Assembly (NCBI GenBank): GCA_017938155.1
Contig: JAGBCD010000004.1
Span: 662-64,661 of the forward strand
Reading direction: 5' to 3'
Origin: Paludibacteraceae bacterium
GTDB lineage: Bacteria > Bacteroidota > Bacteroidia > Bacteroidales > Paludibacteraceae
DNA length: 64,000 nucleotides
The notes under the pieces are model-generated. The model saw only the letters and a program-made list of their open reading frames with translations, had not been told where the DNA came from and ran no database searches. This document shows, one piece after another, positions 1-9,551 of the stretch. Numbering within the stretch: the first letter of the stretch is position 1; each line of letters starts with the position of its first letter. The position numbers were made by a program, and so were the translations under genes.

Positions 1-2
1 TA

Positions 3-1388
3 CGAACGATTGTTAGCAAGACACGTGTGCACGAGCAAGAGGCTCTCTTACTAACCTATCGTTTGTATTTCCATAATGTTGATGTTGCTCAATTTACGAA
101 CAACACCAAGTTGCCTGATTTTACTGGTTTCTTAAAACAAGACATTGAACAACAAGAAATTCAATCTGAGCTTGAACATTACAACGGACGTAATTATCAA
201 ACAGCCAATCTATATACTACACTACTATACCCGCAACATGCAGGAGATATACAGATAGCTCCTGCCACATTTGAGGCTGTATTACGAGTTGCGACACGAG
301 AACCTATTCGCAGTATATTTGATGGTTTCTTTGACACTTATCAAAACGTTGTCAAAGAAATAAAATCGCCAGGAGTGACTATTCATGTAGAAAGTTTACC
401 TGCTAATAAACCAACCTCCTATTCTGGAGGTGTGGGACAATTCAATTTGAGTAGTAATATCAGTACCCAAAAACTAAACGTCAACGAAGCGGTTACTTTG
501 CATTTGGATATTAAGGGTAATGGCAATATGAAATTATTAAAAGCCCCATCTATTAATTGGCCAGATGGATTTGAAGCATACGATCCCAAAATAACCAACC
601 AATACAAACCAACTTCATCTGGGGTGATTGGAACCAAGAGCATTGAATACCTCGCAATACCCCGTGCGAGCGGAACTTATACCATTCCTCCAATCAAGTT
701 TGCATATTTCGACATCAATGAAAATACCTATAAAGTATTAACCACTCCAGAATATACATTGCAAGTAAATAAAAGCGCCCAAGATGTAGATTCCGATCCA
801 ACAATAGTTAGTAACTATACCGCCATTGCCAAAGAAGAAATTAAACAGCTCGGCAATGATATTCGATACATTTACACTAACGACCTTGAACACGCAAATG
901 GCAAAACAAAAGCTAAAGAACACACGTGGATAAGTTATGGCAGTACTATATTCTGGTTGTGCTATTTGTTACCATTATTTATCGCGATTGTGCTTTTCAT
1001 CATTTTCCACAAACAAATCAAAGAGAATGCAGACATTAGTCGTGTTCGTTATAAACATGCAAACAAAGTAGCACAGAAACGATTGAAAAAAGCTAAAGAA
1101 TTGATGAATGCCAACAACCCTAATGCTTTTTATGAAGAGATTGAGCGTGCAGCATGGTCCTACCTAAGTGACCGATTAACCATACCTACTGCAGATCTGA
1201 CAAAAGACAATATTGCTGACATTTTGAATCAAAAGAATGTTCCTCAACCCCTTATTACACGTGTCAGAAACTTGTTATCTGAAGCAGAATTTGCACGATA
1301 TACACCGGCAGCTATTCAACATACAATGAAAGATTTGTATCAAGAAACTACAGAACTAATCAACGAATTGGAAAATCAAAAACTATAA
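3..1388 (+). CDS. batD: BatD-family aerotolerance-operon membrane protein; 5' end cut by the window edge
   Basis: The frame of ORF 27..1388 stays open back to base 3. A late TM helix (FWLCYLLPLFIAIVLFIIF) is followed by a K/R-rich cytoplasmic tail, as in BatD. A TPR/SH3 BatE-like gene follows directly. Confidence 0.75.
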   Translation, partial: RTIVSKTRVHEQEALLLTYRLYFHNVDVAQFTNNTKLPDFTGFLKQDIEQQEIQSELEHYNGRNYQTANLYTTLLYPQHAGDIQIAPATFEAVLRVATREPIRSIFDGFFDTYQNVVKEIKSPGVTIHVESLPANKPTSYSGGVGQFNLSSNISTQKLNVNEAVTLHLDIKGNGNMKLLKAPSINWPDGFEAYDPKITNQYKPTSSGVIGTKSIEYLAIPRASGTYTIPPIKFAYFDINENTYKVLTTPEYTLQVNKSAQDVDSDPTIVSNYTAIAKEEIKQLGNDIRYIYTNDLEHANGKTKAKEHTWISYGSTIFWLCYLLPLFIAIVLFIIFHKQIKENADISRVRYKHANKVAQKRLKKAKELMNANNPNAFYEEIERAAWSYLSDRLTIPTADLTKDNIADILNQKNVPQPLITRVRNLLSEAEFARYTPAAIQHTMKDLYQETTELINELENQKL

Positions 1389-1395
1389 GCCCATC

Positions 1396-2184
1396 ATGAA
1401 ACGTCTATCTATCATATTATTTTTACTGTGCAGCGTTGGTATTCATTTTGTAAGCATCGCACAGACGCCTTCTGCAAGTGAGCTATTCCAGCAAGCAAAC
1501 ACATTATATTCAGAAGGAGAATATGTACAGGCAGAACAAATCTACCAAAACCTATTGGCAGATCATAGTGAGAATGGACTTTCGAAACATGATCGCTCGC
1601 TAGTTTATTACAACTTAGGTAATGCCTTCTTCAAACAAGGAGAAATAGGACAATCTATATTGGCATACGAACGATGCTTACGCCTCAATCCACAAATGAA
1701 GGACGCAAAGCATAATCTCAGTTTTGCACAAACGCGTATCATTGATAATATTCAGGATAACCATACATTCTTTTTGAGCACATGGTTAAAGAACTTACGT
1801 AATCTGCTGAGTCAATCAACTTGGATTATGTTATCCATCATCTGCTTTGTTATTATGTTAGCAAGCATTATTACGTTTGCATTGGGCAGAACAGTCTGGA
1901 TACGACGGACCTCTTTCTATATCGGATTAGTTTTGTTATTTGTCTCTATATTAACTATTATTAACGCAAATAGTCTTCATCGCCGTGATACTGTTCGTAG
2001 TGAAGCAATCATAACGCAAGGCATAGTCAATGCCAAATCATCTCCAGACCGTAGCGGTACTGACTTATTCACGCTGCATGAAGGTACCAAAATTTCCATC
2101 ATTGAAACATTGGGAGAATGGTGCAACATTCAAGTAGGAAACAACGAAGGGTGGATTATGAACAATACATTGGAGCAAATCTAA
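1396..2184 (+). CDS. batE: BatE-like protein (signal peptide, TPR repeats, TM helices, C-terminal SH3b-like domain)
   Basis: TPR-like segment YNLGNAFFKQGEIGQSILAYERCLRLNP; C-terminal GEWCNIQVGNNEGWI resembles an SH3b domain; sits directly after batD. Confidence 0.7.
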   Translation: MKRLSIILFLLCSVGIHFVSIAQTPSASELFQQANTLYSEGEYVQAEQIYQNLLADHSENGLSKHDRSLVYYNLGNAFFKQGEIGQSILAYERCLRLNPQMKDAKHNLSFAQTRIIDNIQDNHTFFLSTWLKNLRNLLSQSTWIMLSIICFVIMLASIITFALGRTVWIRRTSFYIGLVLLFVSILTIINANSLHRRDTVRSEAIITQGIVNAKSSPDRSGTDLFTLHEGTKISIIETLGEWCNIQVGNNEGWIMNNTLEQI

Positions 2185-2211
2185 CAATTTGCATGTTTGC
2201 AAAAAAAAGAG

Positions 2212-2219
2212 TAACTTTG
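2212..2219 (+). promoter_or_regulatory. Bacteroidota -7 promoter box TAACTTTG upstream of nadK
   Basis: Matches the TAnnTTTG consensus, about 50 nt upstream of the nadK ATG. Confidence 0.55.
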
Positions 2220-2267
2220 TCGCCGTTAACGTTATAATCGAGAATACTTCTCGAGAAAGGAATAGGA

Positions 2268-3122
2268 ATGACAGTTGCTATTTTTGGAAATACATTGAAG
2301 CCCTCTACTCTTCACGAGGTGTCTCGTATCATTGAGTTTATGCATCTGAATAACGTTCAGATTGTTTTGTCTCAAGAACTCCGTCAAGAGCTTAATTTAC
2401 GTGAGTTTCCTGAATATAATAATACTCTTTTTGAACAAATACCCCACATTGATTTTGCTATCTCTGTTGGAGGCGATGGTACTTTCTTAACTACCGCATC
2501 ACATATTGGTTCACGTGGCATACCTATCATCGGTATCAATTGTGGACATTTAGGATTTCTGGCTGATGTTCAGACACAAGAGGTTGATGTTATTTTAGAA
2601 AAGTTGTTAAAGGGTGACTACAAGATTGACGAACGCAATCTATTGAGTGTTTTTTCTTCAGAAGATCGTCATATAGTATCACCATATGCTCTTAATGAGA
2701 TTGCTGTCATGAAACAAGGTCTGAGCAGTATGATTAGCATTGAGACATATGTTAATGGAGAATACCTCAATACCTATGAAGCGGATGGACTAATCGTCGC
2801 TACACCTACGGGAAGTACTGCATACAACCTCAGTGTCGGTGGTCCTTTAATGATGCCTCAAACAAGTGGAATACTATTATCTCCTATTGCTACTCATAGT
2901 CTATATGCAAGACCTTTGGTTATACCAGACAATTGGAAAATAGATTTGAGTATAAAAAGCAGGAATAGTAACTATCTAATCAGTGTTGATGGCAGAAGTC
3001 AAGTAATGGCAGATTCAAACACATTACATATTGAGAAATCCCCTTATACAATTAAATTGATTCAAATAGGTGATAGTTCTTTTATACAATCACTTAAAAA
3101 CAAACTAAACTGGGGTAAATGA
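2268..3122 (+). CDS. nadK: NAD+ kinase
   Basis: GGDGTFL motif and ADGLIVATPTGSTAYNLSVGGP motif; length 284 aa. Confidence 0.9.
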   Translation: MTVAIFGNTLKPSTLHEVSRIIEFMHLNNVQIVLSQELRQELNLREFPEYNNTLFEQIPHIDFAISVGGDGTFLTTASHIGSRGIPIIGINCGHLGFLADVQTQEVDVILEKLLKGDYKIDERNLLSVFSSEDRHIVSPYALNEIAVMKQGLSSMISIETYVNGEYLNTYEADGLIVATPTGSTAYNLSVGGPLMMPQTSGILLSPIATHSLYARPLVIPDNWKIDLSIKSRNSNYLISVDGRSQVMADSNTLHIEKSPYTIKLIQIGDSSFIQSLKNKLNWGK

Positions 3123-4078
3123 GCAACATGACAAAAGAGAATATACGTATTATTTTTATGGGCACACCTGACTTTGCTGTAGCAAGTTTGTGCCAATTGG
3201 TGGAAACTGGATATAATGTAGTAGCAGTCGTTACTATGCCCGATAAACCAGCAGGAAGAGGGCACAAATTACAATCTTCTCCTGTCAAACAATATGCTCA
3301 GAGCATGGGTATACCGGTTTTGCAACCTACTAATCTAAAAGATGAAACATTCATTAAAGAATTAGCTTCATACAATGCAGATTTACAAATTGTAGTGGCA
3401 TTTCGTATGCTACCACAAGTTGTATGGAGTATGCCTTCATTGGGTACCTTTAATCTACATGGAAGCCTCTTGCCACAATATAGAGGAGCCGCCCCTATAC
3501 AATGGGCTGTAATTAATGGAGAAAAAATAACGGGTGTTACCACTTTTATGTTGCAACATGAGATAGACACAGGAGATATATTGTTGCAAGAAGCAATTGA
3601 CATAGGACCTGATGAAAATTGTGGAAGTGTGCATGATAGATTGATGGAAATAGGCAAACTTTTGGTTACGAAGACTGTAGACCTTATTATTGATTGCTAC
3701 AACAATAATAAGGTGCTTCCTAAACAGAAACAAACCGATGATCGTGCATTAAAACCAGCTCCTAAACTTTTCAAAGACAATTGTGCCATTGATTTTAATA
3801 AACCTGCTATTGAAATCAAAAACATGGTTCGTGGTTTATCCCCCTATCCTGCAGCTTGGATAGCACAACAGCCAATTATAAAAGGCTCATTAGCAAGCAT
3901 TGCTCCTCATTTGGTCGGAGCTAAAATATACAAAGCAGAAATCAGCATAGTTGCCGAACAAAAAGGACATATTATCGTTTCATGCGCAGATGGTTACATT
4001 GATTTGCTTGAGATACAATTGCCTGGTAAAAAACGTATGGCAGCAAATGCTTTGCTGAATGGACTCACAAACACCTAA
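3119..4078 (+). CDS. fmt: methionyl-tRNA formyltransferase
   Basis: FMGTPDFAV and HGSLLPQYRGAAPIQWAVINGEKITGVTTF motifs; ATGA overlap with the nadK stop. Confidence 0.92.
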   Translation: MSNMTKENIRIIFMGTPDFAVASLCQLVETGYNVVAVVTMPDKPAGRGHKLQSSPVKQYAQSMGIPVLQPTNLKDETFIKELASYNADLQIVVAFRMLPQVVWSMPSLGTFNLHGSLLPQYRGAAPIQWAVINGEKITGVTTFMLQHEIDTGDILLQEAIDIGPDENCGSVHDRLMEIGKLLVTKTVDLIIDCYNNNKVLPKQKQTDDRALKPAPKLFKDNCAIDFNKPAIEIKNMVRGLSPYPAAWIAQQPIIKGSLASIAPHLVGAKIYKAEISIVAEQKGHIIVSCADGYIDLLEIQLPGKKRMAANALLNGLTNT

Positions 4079-4081
4079 AAT

Positions 4082-4546
4082 ATGCGAGTAGTTATCATCA
4101 ATGGCCCCAATCTCAATGCTCTTGGTAGGCGAGAAATAGACATTTATGGTCGAGATAGTATGGAACAAATCATACTTTCTATTCAACGTGAGCATATGGA
4201 TTTACACCTTGAATACCACCAATCTAACCATGAAGGTGTTTTGATAGATTGGATTCAGGCTCTCAATCACATTATCGAGCATCCTGCCATAGATAACCAT
4301 TTAGAAGATCCTATAGGTATAGTACTCAATGCAGGAGGATATACACATACCAGTGTTAGTTTGCGTGATGCTATTGCTATGAGTAAAATCCCTGTAGTAG
4401 AAGTACATATTAGCAACATCCTAACTCGAGAGTCTTTTAGACAAAATAGTTTGTTAACCGATGTGTGTCAACATACCATCATGGGTATTGGAAACCAATG
4501 CTATCAAGAAGCAGTCAATTATCTCATTTGTCGTAACAAGGAATGA
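4082..4546 (+). CDS. aroQ: type II 3-dehydroquinate dehydratase
   Basis: N-terminus MRVVIINGPNLNALGRRE.DIYG; HQSNHEG and NAGGYTHTSV motifs. Confidence 0.92.
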   Translation: MRVVIINGPNLNALGRREIDIYGRDSMEQIILSIQREHMDLHLEYHQSNHEGVLIDWIQALNHIIEHPAIDNHLEDPIGIVLNAGGYTHTSVSLRDAIAMSKIPVVEVHISNILTRESFRQNSLLTDVCQHTIMGIGNQCYQEAVNYLICRNKE

Positions 4547-5853
4547 TTAAACATCTTCAATATTATTGGATATTATTTCTCTTTCTAACTCCAACAATTG
4601 CCACCGCTACAGATACAATTATTGTAGATAGCATCCATATTGATACCATTTATAGATGGCATATTCATGAGGACACGTTATACTTGGATTCGCTACCTCA
4701 AACCATTTCTTCTGACCAGTTTTTACTGGACATGTTGGCACAGCAAAGTAAAGAGTTATATTTGCGAGACTCTTTGTTGCGTGATAGTTTACTCGCATCA
4801 TTAAAGTATCGTGATAGTATTCTACGCATTGAATTAGCATACATACAAGATTCTATAAAGCTATTAAGTTCAACACTTTATGACTCTCCAATTGAAAACG
4901 ATTCTACAATTCAGGTAAAAGCAACGATAGACTCCGTTACTCAAGAGATCAATCGACTACGCAATAGCAATCCTGAGATTCACATCCAATCGGCCATTGT
5001 ACCCGACATGAATGAAGACTTAGCTGAAATTGCTTATCAACTTAAGAATCGTAACAATCCTTGGTCTAAAGAAGCGAATACATTGATACAATTTTCGCAA
5101 AACTACATCTCTCCTAATTGGTACAAAGGTGGCTCCTCAAACTTTGCTATCTTAGCACAAGCAAAAGGCTTTATTAACTACAAGAAAGACAATTTCTTAT
5201 GGGAAAACAGTGGAGAGTGGCGAACGGGTGTCGCTACAGCCAATGGAGATACACTGCGCAAACATAACATTACGGACGATTTGTTTAGGCTGTACTCCAA
5301 AATAGGTTATCAAGTTGTAAAAAAACTATATATTTCTGCCTCCATGGAGTTTCAAACAAACTTATGGAATTCATGGAACACGAATAGCACTACTGTTAAA
5401 ACGGCCTTTTTGACCCCAATCCGTTACAACATCAATGTCGGTGTTGATTATCAACCTATCAAGAACATGAGTATCATGTTCGCACCTGCAACATACAAAA
5501 TGGTTTATTCCCTTTACCATGACGGTAACTCAGAGCAAGTAAATGTAACCAACTATGGTATTGAAGAGGGCAAACAAATATTAAATGAAATAGGTAGTAG
5601 TATTCGCGTTAAATGGGGATGGAAACCATTTCGAGAAATTGCTTTAGATACCGAATTTTACCTTTACACCAACTATAGACGCGTAGAGATTGATTGGCAA
5701 ATCAATTTTGATTTCTTTATAACACGTTTTCTATCCGCACGCTTGATTTTGCATCCACGATTCGATAACACTGTTATCTACACAGGAGATGAACGCGCCA
5801 AATTACAGTTCAAAGAGTTATTATCCGTTGGTTTTTCTCACAAGTTTAGATAA
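4543..5853 (+). CDS. DUF3078-like outer-membrane beta-barrel protein
   Basis: Signal peptide; NWYKGGSSNF motif typical of DUF3078; alternating beta-strand pattern ending in FSHKFR. Confidence 0.55.
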   Translation: MIKHLQYYWILFLFLTPTIATATDTIIVDSIHIDTIYRWHIHEDTLYLDSLPQTISSDQFLLDMLAQQSKELYLRDSLLRDSLLASLKYRDSILRIELAYIQDSIKLLSSTLYDSPIENDSTIQVKATIDSVTQEINRLRNSNPEIHIQSAIVPDMNEDLAEIAYQLKNRNNPWSKEANTLIQFSQNYISPNWYKGGSSNFAILAQAKGFINYKKDNFLWENSGEWRTGVATANGDTLRKHNITDDLFRLYSKIGYQVVKKLYISASMEFQTNLWNSWNTNSTTVKTAFLTPIRYNINVGVDYQPIKNMSIMFAPATYKMVYSLYHDGNSEQVNVTNYGIEEGKQILNEIGSSIRVKWGWKPFREIALDTEFYLYTNYRRVEIDWQINFDFFITRFLSARLILHPRFDNTVIYTGDERAKLQFKELLSVGFSHKFR

Positions 5854-5856
5854 GGT

Positions 5857-6426
5857 ATGGATACCTCATTAGCCCTTAATTTAATAGACAAATACTATTC
5901 CGAATACCCATTACTGAGATCGATTCTACTGACCCATAGTCAACAAGTCTGTTCTATGGCCCTACAAGTTGTAGATGCACATCCCGAATGGGCAAGAGAT
6001 AAGTTGATTGATCGTAATTTTATAGTTCAAGCATCTTTATTACATGACATTGGTATCCTATTTTGCGATGCTTCTACAATACATTGCATAGGTCATCATC
6101 CTTATATTGAACATGGATTTTTAGGTGCACAATTGCTTCGGAAAGAAGGATTAGAAAGACACGCCTTAGTTGCGGAAAGGCATACGGGTAGTGGGCTCAC
6201 CAAAGAAGATATTGTCATGCAGCAAATCAATATCCCTATACAAGACTATCTTCCTATTAGTCTTGAGGAAAAAGTTATTTGTTTTGCTGATAAGTTTTTT
6301 TCTAAGAGCAAACCCACACAACAACTTACATTGGAACAAATTCATCGAAACATGTCACGTTTTGGTGACGCATCATTCAACAGATGGTTAGCTTTAGAAA
6401 AGTTATGCATTGGCAATAAGATGTAA
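5857..6426 (+). CDS. HD-domain phosphohydrolase
   Basis: LLHDIG and ERHTGSG motifs; 189 aa. Confidence 0.7.
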   Translation: MDTSLALNLIDKYYSEYPLLRSILLTHSQQVCSMALQVVDAHPEWARDKLIDRNFIVQASLLHDIGILFCDASTIHCIGHHPYIEHGFLGAQLLRKEGLERHALVAERHTGSGLTKEDIVMQQINIPIQDYLPISLEEKVICFADKFFSKSKPTQQLTLEQIHRNMSRFGDASFNRWLALEKLCIGNKM

Positions 6427-6438
6427 TAGTATACACAT

Positions 6439-6466
6439 AAAAAAAAACGCATGCGCGTTTTTTTTA
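6439..6466. terminator. bidirectional intrinsic terminator between convergent genes
   Basis: A9-CGC-ATGC-GCG-T8 hairpin. It gives a U-run after the stem on both strands. Confidence 0.6.
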
Positions 6467-7303
6467 TTTTGTATTGACATCTCTTACCAAACGGACACTT
6501 CGTCCTGGATGCTTTCCATAGAGTTCGGTCGATAGACTTGCGTAACCAGGATACACACCCATGAAATAAGCAGAACCCATTGAAGCAGCCGTAGAAGACC
6601 AATAACTACCTTGATTTCCCGCATCCACAACTTTCAAATGAAATCGCATACCTCCACCTGGCAAGAAAATAGCCCCTTGTTTCTCTAATTGTTTGAAAGA
6701 CATTTGCGACACATCACCTTGAAAGTTATCTGGCAATAACAACAAACCATGCACACCATTCACGTCGTACATACGTTGTAGTTGTTTTGCGTTCGCACGA
6801 CCAGTAAGTAAATATTGCCACTCATCACGTGTTAATGTTCGCCACATATCTTTGCGATTGCCTCCATTCTTGATTGGATTGTGCACACCCCAATCATACT
6901 CTCTGGATGTTCCGACAAGCGATGCTTCTTCCATCGTTTTGGAAGGACCATAACCAAAGGGATTAAGCGGATTGGCAGAGTGTTCCAATCGACAACGCCA
7001 TGACCATGGGTACACGTACAAAACATTGGGATCATTCGCCCTATTATCATATCCTGAACTAGCCCAAGCAAACAAATCAATCCATCCCTCGTAGTCTGGA
7101 CCTATATTTTCATTCGCATCACCAATAATGTCATATTGGTGTTTTGCAAACCTAAAGGTATTGGTGGTTGCTTGATATTGTAGATTTCCTTTAGAAAATT
7201 CTACTTGTCTGTTAGGTGCTACGGAAAATACCATGGAGGTATTCTTCTTAGCGCTCAATCCTAAGGAGGTTAAAATACAAAATGTTAAAATAATCTTTTT
7301 CAT
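6464..7303 (-). CDS. secreted hypothetical protein, resembling the Fibrobacter succinogenes major paralogous (TIGR02145-like) domain
   Basis: Signal peptide MKKIILTFCILTSLGLSA; motifs GNLQY, IDLFAWASSG, FLPGGG, YWSST and a terminal VRLVRD. Start moved to the second ATG so that it follows the rho stop. Confidence 0.45.
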   Translation of the reverse strand: MKKIILTFCILTSLGLSAKKNTSMVFSVAPNRQVEFSKGNLQYQATTNTFRFAKHQYDIIGDANENIGPDYEGWIDLFAWASSGYDNRANDPNVLYVYPWSWRCRLEHSANPLNPFGYGPSKTMEEASLVGTSREYDWGVHNPIKNGGNRKDMWRTLTRDEWQYLLTGRANAKQLQRMYDVNGVHGLLLLPDNFQGDVSQMSFKQLEKQGAIFLPGGGMRFHLKVVDAGNQGSYWSSTAASMGSAYFMGVYPGYASLSTELYGKHPGRSVRLVRDVNTK

Positions 7304-7307
7304 ATGC

Positions 7308-9194
7308 TTATCGTTCACCATTTACAGCCAATAAAAATTCATCATTATCTTCTGTTCGTTCCATAAAACTCTTCAATTTCTCCATTGCCTCAATACCATT
7401 CATGTCACTTAATAATTTTCGCAGTGACCACATACGTGAAGACACGTCTGGTGGTAAGAGTAAGTCATCTCTACGAGTGCTAGAAGCAGGTATATCTACG
7501 GCCGGGAAAATACGTTTGTTGCTCAACTTTCGATCCAACTGCAACTCCATATTACCTGTACCTTTAAACTCTTCAAAAATCAAATCATCCATCTTGCTAC
7601 CAGTATCCGTCAAAGCCGTTGCAATGATAGTCAGCGATCCCCCATTCTCTATGTTTCTGGCTGCTCCAAAAAATCTTTTAGGTTTATGCAAAGCTTGCGC
7701 TTCTACGCCACCACTCAATACTTTTCCGCTGGCTGGAGCAACTGTATTATATGCTCTTGCAAGACGTGTGATACTATCCAACAATATGACCACATCATGT
7801 CCACTCTCTACCAAACGCTTAGCCTTTTCATGTACAATATTTGCTACCTTCACATGGTTCTCTGCAGGTTCATCAAAAGTAGAAGCAATCACCTCTGCGT
7901 TTACTGACCGTGCCATGTCTGTTACTTCTTCTGGACGTTCGTCTATAAGCAAAACAATCATATAAACTTCCGGATGATTAGCAGCAATAGCATTGGCTAT
8001 TTCTTTTAGCAAAACGGTCTTACCTGTTTTGGGTTGTGCCACAATCAAGCCACGTTGACCTTTTCCTATAGGAGCAAACAAATCAATGATACGTACACTT
8101 ATTGGATCAGAAGTATCTCCTTTACACAACTGAAACTTATGATCGGGGAATAAAGGAGTAAGATTCTCAAATGCAATGCGCTCTTTGGCTTTCTCCGGTG
8201 CCAATCCATTGATTCGTATCACCTTATCCATAGGAAAATATTTATCTGTCTCACGATTGCTGCGAACTGTACATTCCACTGTATCACCCGATTTCAACCC
8301 GTATTGTCTAATCTGCGATTGACTAACATACACATCGTCTGGAGAACTCAAATAGTTATAATCTGCAGAACGTAAGAATCCATAACCATCTGCTGCACAC
8401 TCCAAAGTTCCCATTGCTATAACTTTCTCACCAAAGTCCACTACAAACCGACGATTATCATTCGCAATAGCAGGTTTATTGTTTTTATTATTTTGAGTCC
8501 CCTCTACAATCTCTTCTACTATTGTAGAATTCTCAATAGAAGTTTGCTCAACTTGTTTTTCTTCCACCATTACAGCGGGTTCCACTTGAATTTCACTTGA
8601 TGCAGAAGAAAGAGATTCTTTTTTCTCTTTACTTTTCTCTTTCTTTTTGGATTTCCTTTCCTTCGGTTCGTCTTTAACTGCGGATGGCTGCTCTACGATT
8701 TGCTCCACAGGTGTAGATTTTTCCGTTTCTGTATCAATAGGTTTTATATCCAAAGAAGGCAAGGTTGCTTTGCGGGCCTCCAGGGCTTGAATTGTTTTAT
8801 TCTGCTTGTGGTTGTTTTGTTTGAGTTGTTCTTGCATCTCGCCCAATTGTTGTTGCTCATTACCAACAGTAGCAATGACAGAATTACTCTTCAATGAATC
8901 TGTACTTATTTTCTCTGGTTGCGCTTTTGTTTTTACGCGTACACGCTTGCGTTTCGGCTGCACTTCAGTTTCATTCTCGCTTCCTTGATTCAATGTTGCC
9001 TTACGAGCTATCCGCGCTTCTTCTTTGGCTTGAACATCTGCTGCTTTCTTATCTGCCTGAGCATCTAAGATACTATAAATAATCATTTTGTCAGTGTGCG
9101 ATTTCCTTGGTTTCAAGCCCAACGAACCCGCCACTTCTCTCAATTCCTCGGACGTCATACGCTCGAGTTTCTTAATATCATATTGCATATTCAA
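7308..9194 (-). CDS. rho: transcription termination factor Rho with a ~210-aa K/E/Q-rich N-terminal insertion
   Basis: RNA-binding CSD segment GYGFLRS, Walker A PKTGKT and a conserved C-terminal ATPase. A low-complexity insert spans roughly residues 47-255. Confidence 0.95.
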   Translation of the reverse strand: MNMQYDIKKLERMTSEELREVAGSLGLKPRKSHTDKMIIYSILDAQADKKAADVQAKEEARIARKATLNQGSENETEVQPKRKRVRVKTKAQPEKISTDSLKSNSVIATVGNEQQQLGEMQEQLKQNNHKQNKTIQALEARKATLPSLDIKPIDTETEKSTPVEQIVEQPSAVKDEPKERKSKKKEKSKEKKESLSSASSEIQVEPAVMVEEKQVEQTSIENSTIVEEIVEGTQNNKNNKPAIANDNRRFVVDFGEKVIAMGTLECAADGYGFLRSADYNYLSSPDDVYVSQSQIRQYGLKSGDTVECTVRSNRETDKYFPMDKVIRINGLAPEKAKERIAFENLTPLFPDHKFQLCKGDTSDPISVRIIDLFAPIGKGQRGLIVAQPKTGKTVLLKEIANAIAANHPEVYMIVLLIDERPEEVTDMARSVNAEVIASTFDEPAENHVKVANIVHEKAKRLVESGHDVVILLDSITRLARAYNTVAPASGKVLSGGVEAQALHKPKRFFGAARNIENGGSLTIIATALTDTGSKMDDLIFEEFKGTGNMELQLDRKLSNKRIFPAVDIPASSTRRDDLLLPPDVSSRMWSLRKLLSDMNGIEAMEKLKSFMERTEDNDEFLLAVNGER

Positions 9195-9336
9195 AAATAA
9201 TAAGATTTCACCACGAACTATTCTTAATCACACATTACTCAAGACGTACACTCTCGCACACTAAAGCCTAAGTATTTTGATAATTAACAATAGTAAAAAG
9301 TATGAGAAAATATAGAGAGAACTCTCTAAATCTCTG

Positions 9337-9344
9337 CAAAGATA
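9337..9344 (-). promoter_or_regulatory. -7 box TATCTTTG for rho
   Basis: The reverse complement of caaagata matches TAnnTTTG. It implies a ~135-nt rho leader. Confidence 0.5.
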
Positions 9345-9490
9345 CAATATTTTTATGTAACACACAAATAGTTGTACATCTTTTTTTATGTATGGGCTCA
9401 AAAAAATTCACATTGAGTATATAAAATCCGCTAATCCATTAGATGCTTCTGTTTTGAACTTATATGCTTGCATATACAAAAAAAAAGTTG

Positions 9491-9498
9491 TATCTTTG
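9491..9498 (+). promoter_or_regulatory. -7 box TATCTTTG for secA
   Basis: Matches TAnnTTTG, about 55 nt upstream of the ATG at 9552. Confidence 0.55.
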
Positions 9499-9551
9499 CA
9501 CCCAAATGGTTTCATGCCAAAAGAGTTGAATATTCTAAATTAAGTAATCAT

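Noticed and set aside
7402-7965. Sizeable antisense ORFs inside real genes: 7402-7965 in rho, 11553-12014 in secA, 20158-20694, 35876-36340 in dnaE, 42162-42656 in mnmE, 50876-51538 and 55395-56369 in the giant genes.
   Set aside because: These are shadow ORFs opposite strongly supported genes. Their composition is Ser/Cys/Leu-rich and typical of antisense frames, and they have no start context.
9468-9551. Long N-terminal extensions in several track ORFs: secA 9468, thiL up to 33916, dnaE 33860, folC 44612, MBL up to 49304, pepC 30590, the binding protein 37870 and the PorT-like gene 13650.
   Set aside because: In each case an internal ATG gives the canonical family N-terminus or a signal peptide, and it lies just downstream of a TAnnTTTG box or of the previous stop codon. 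The extensions run through promoters, neighbouring genes or repeats.
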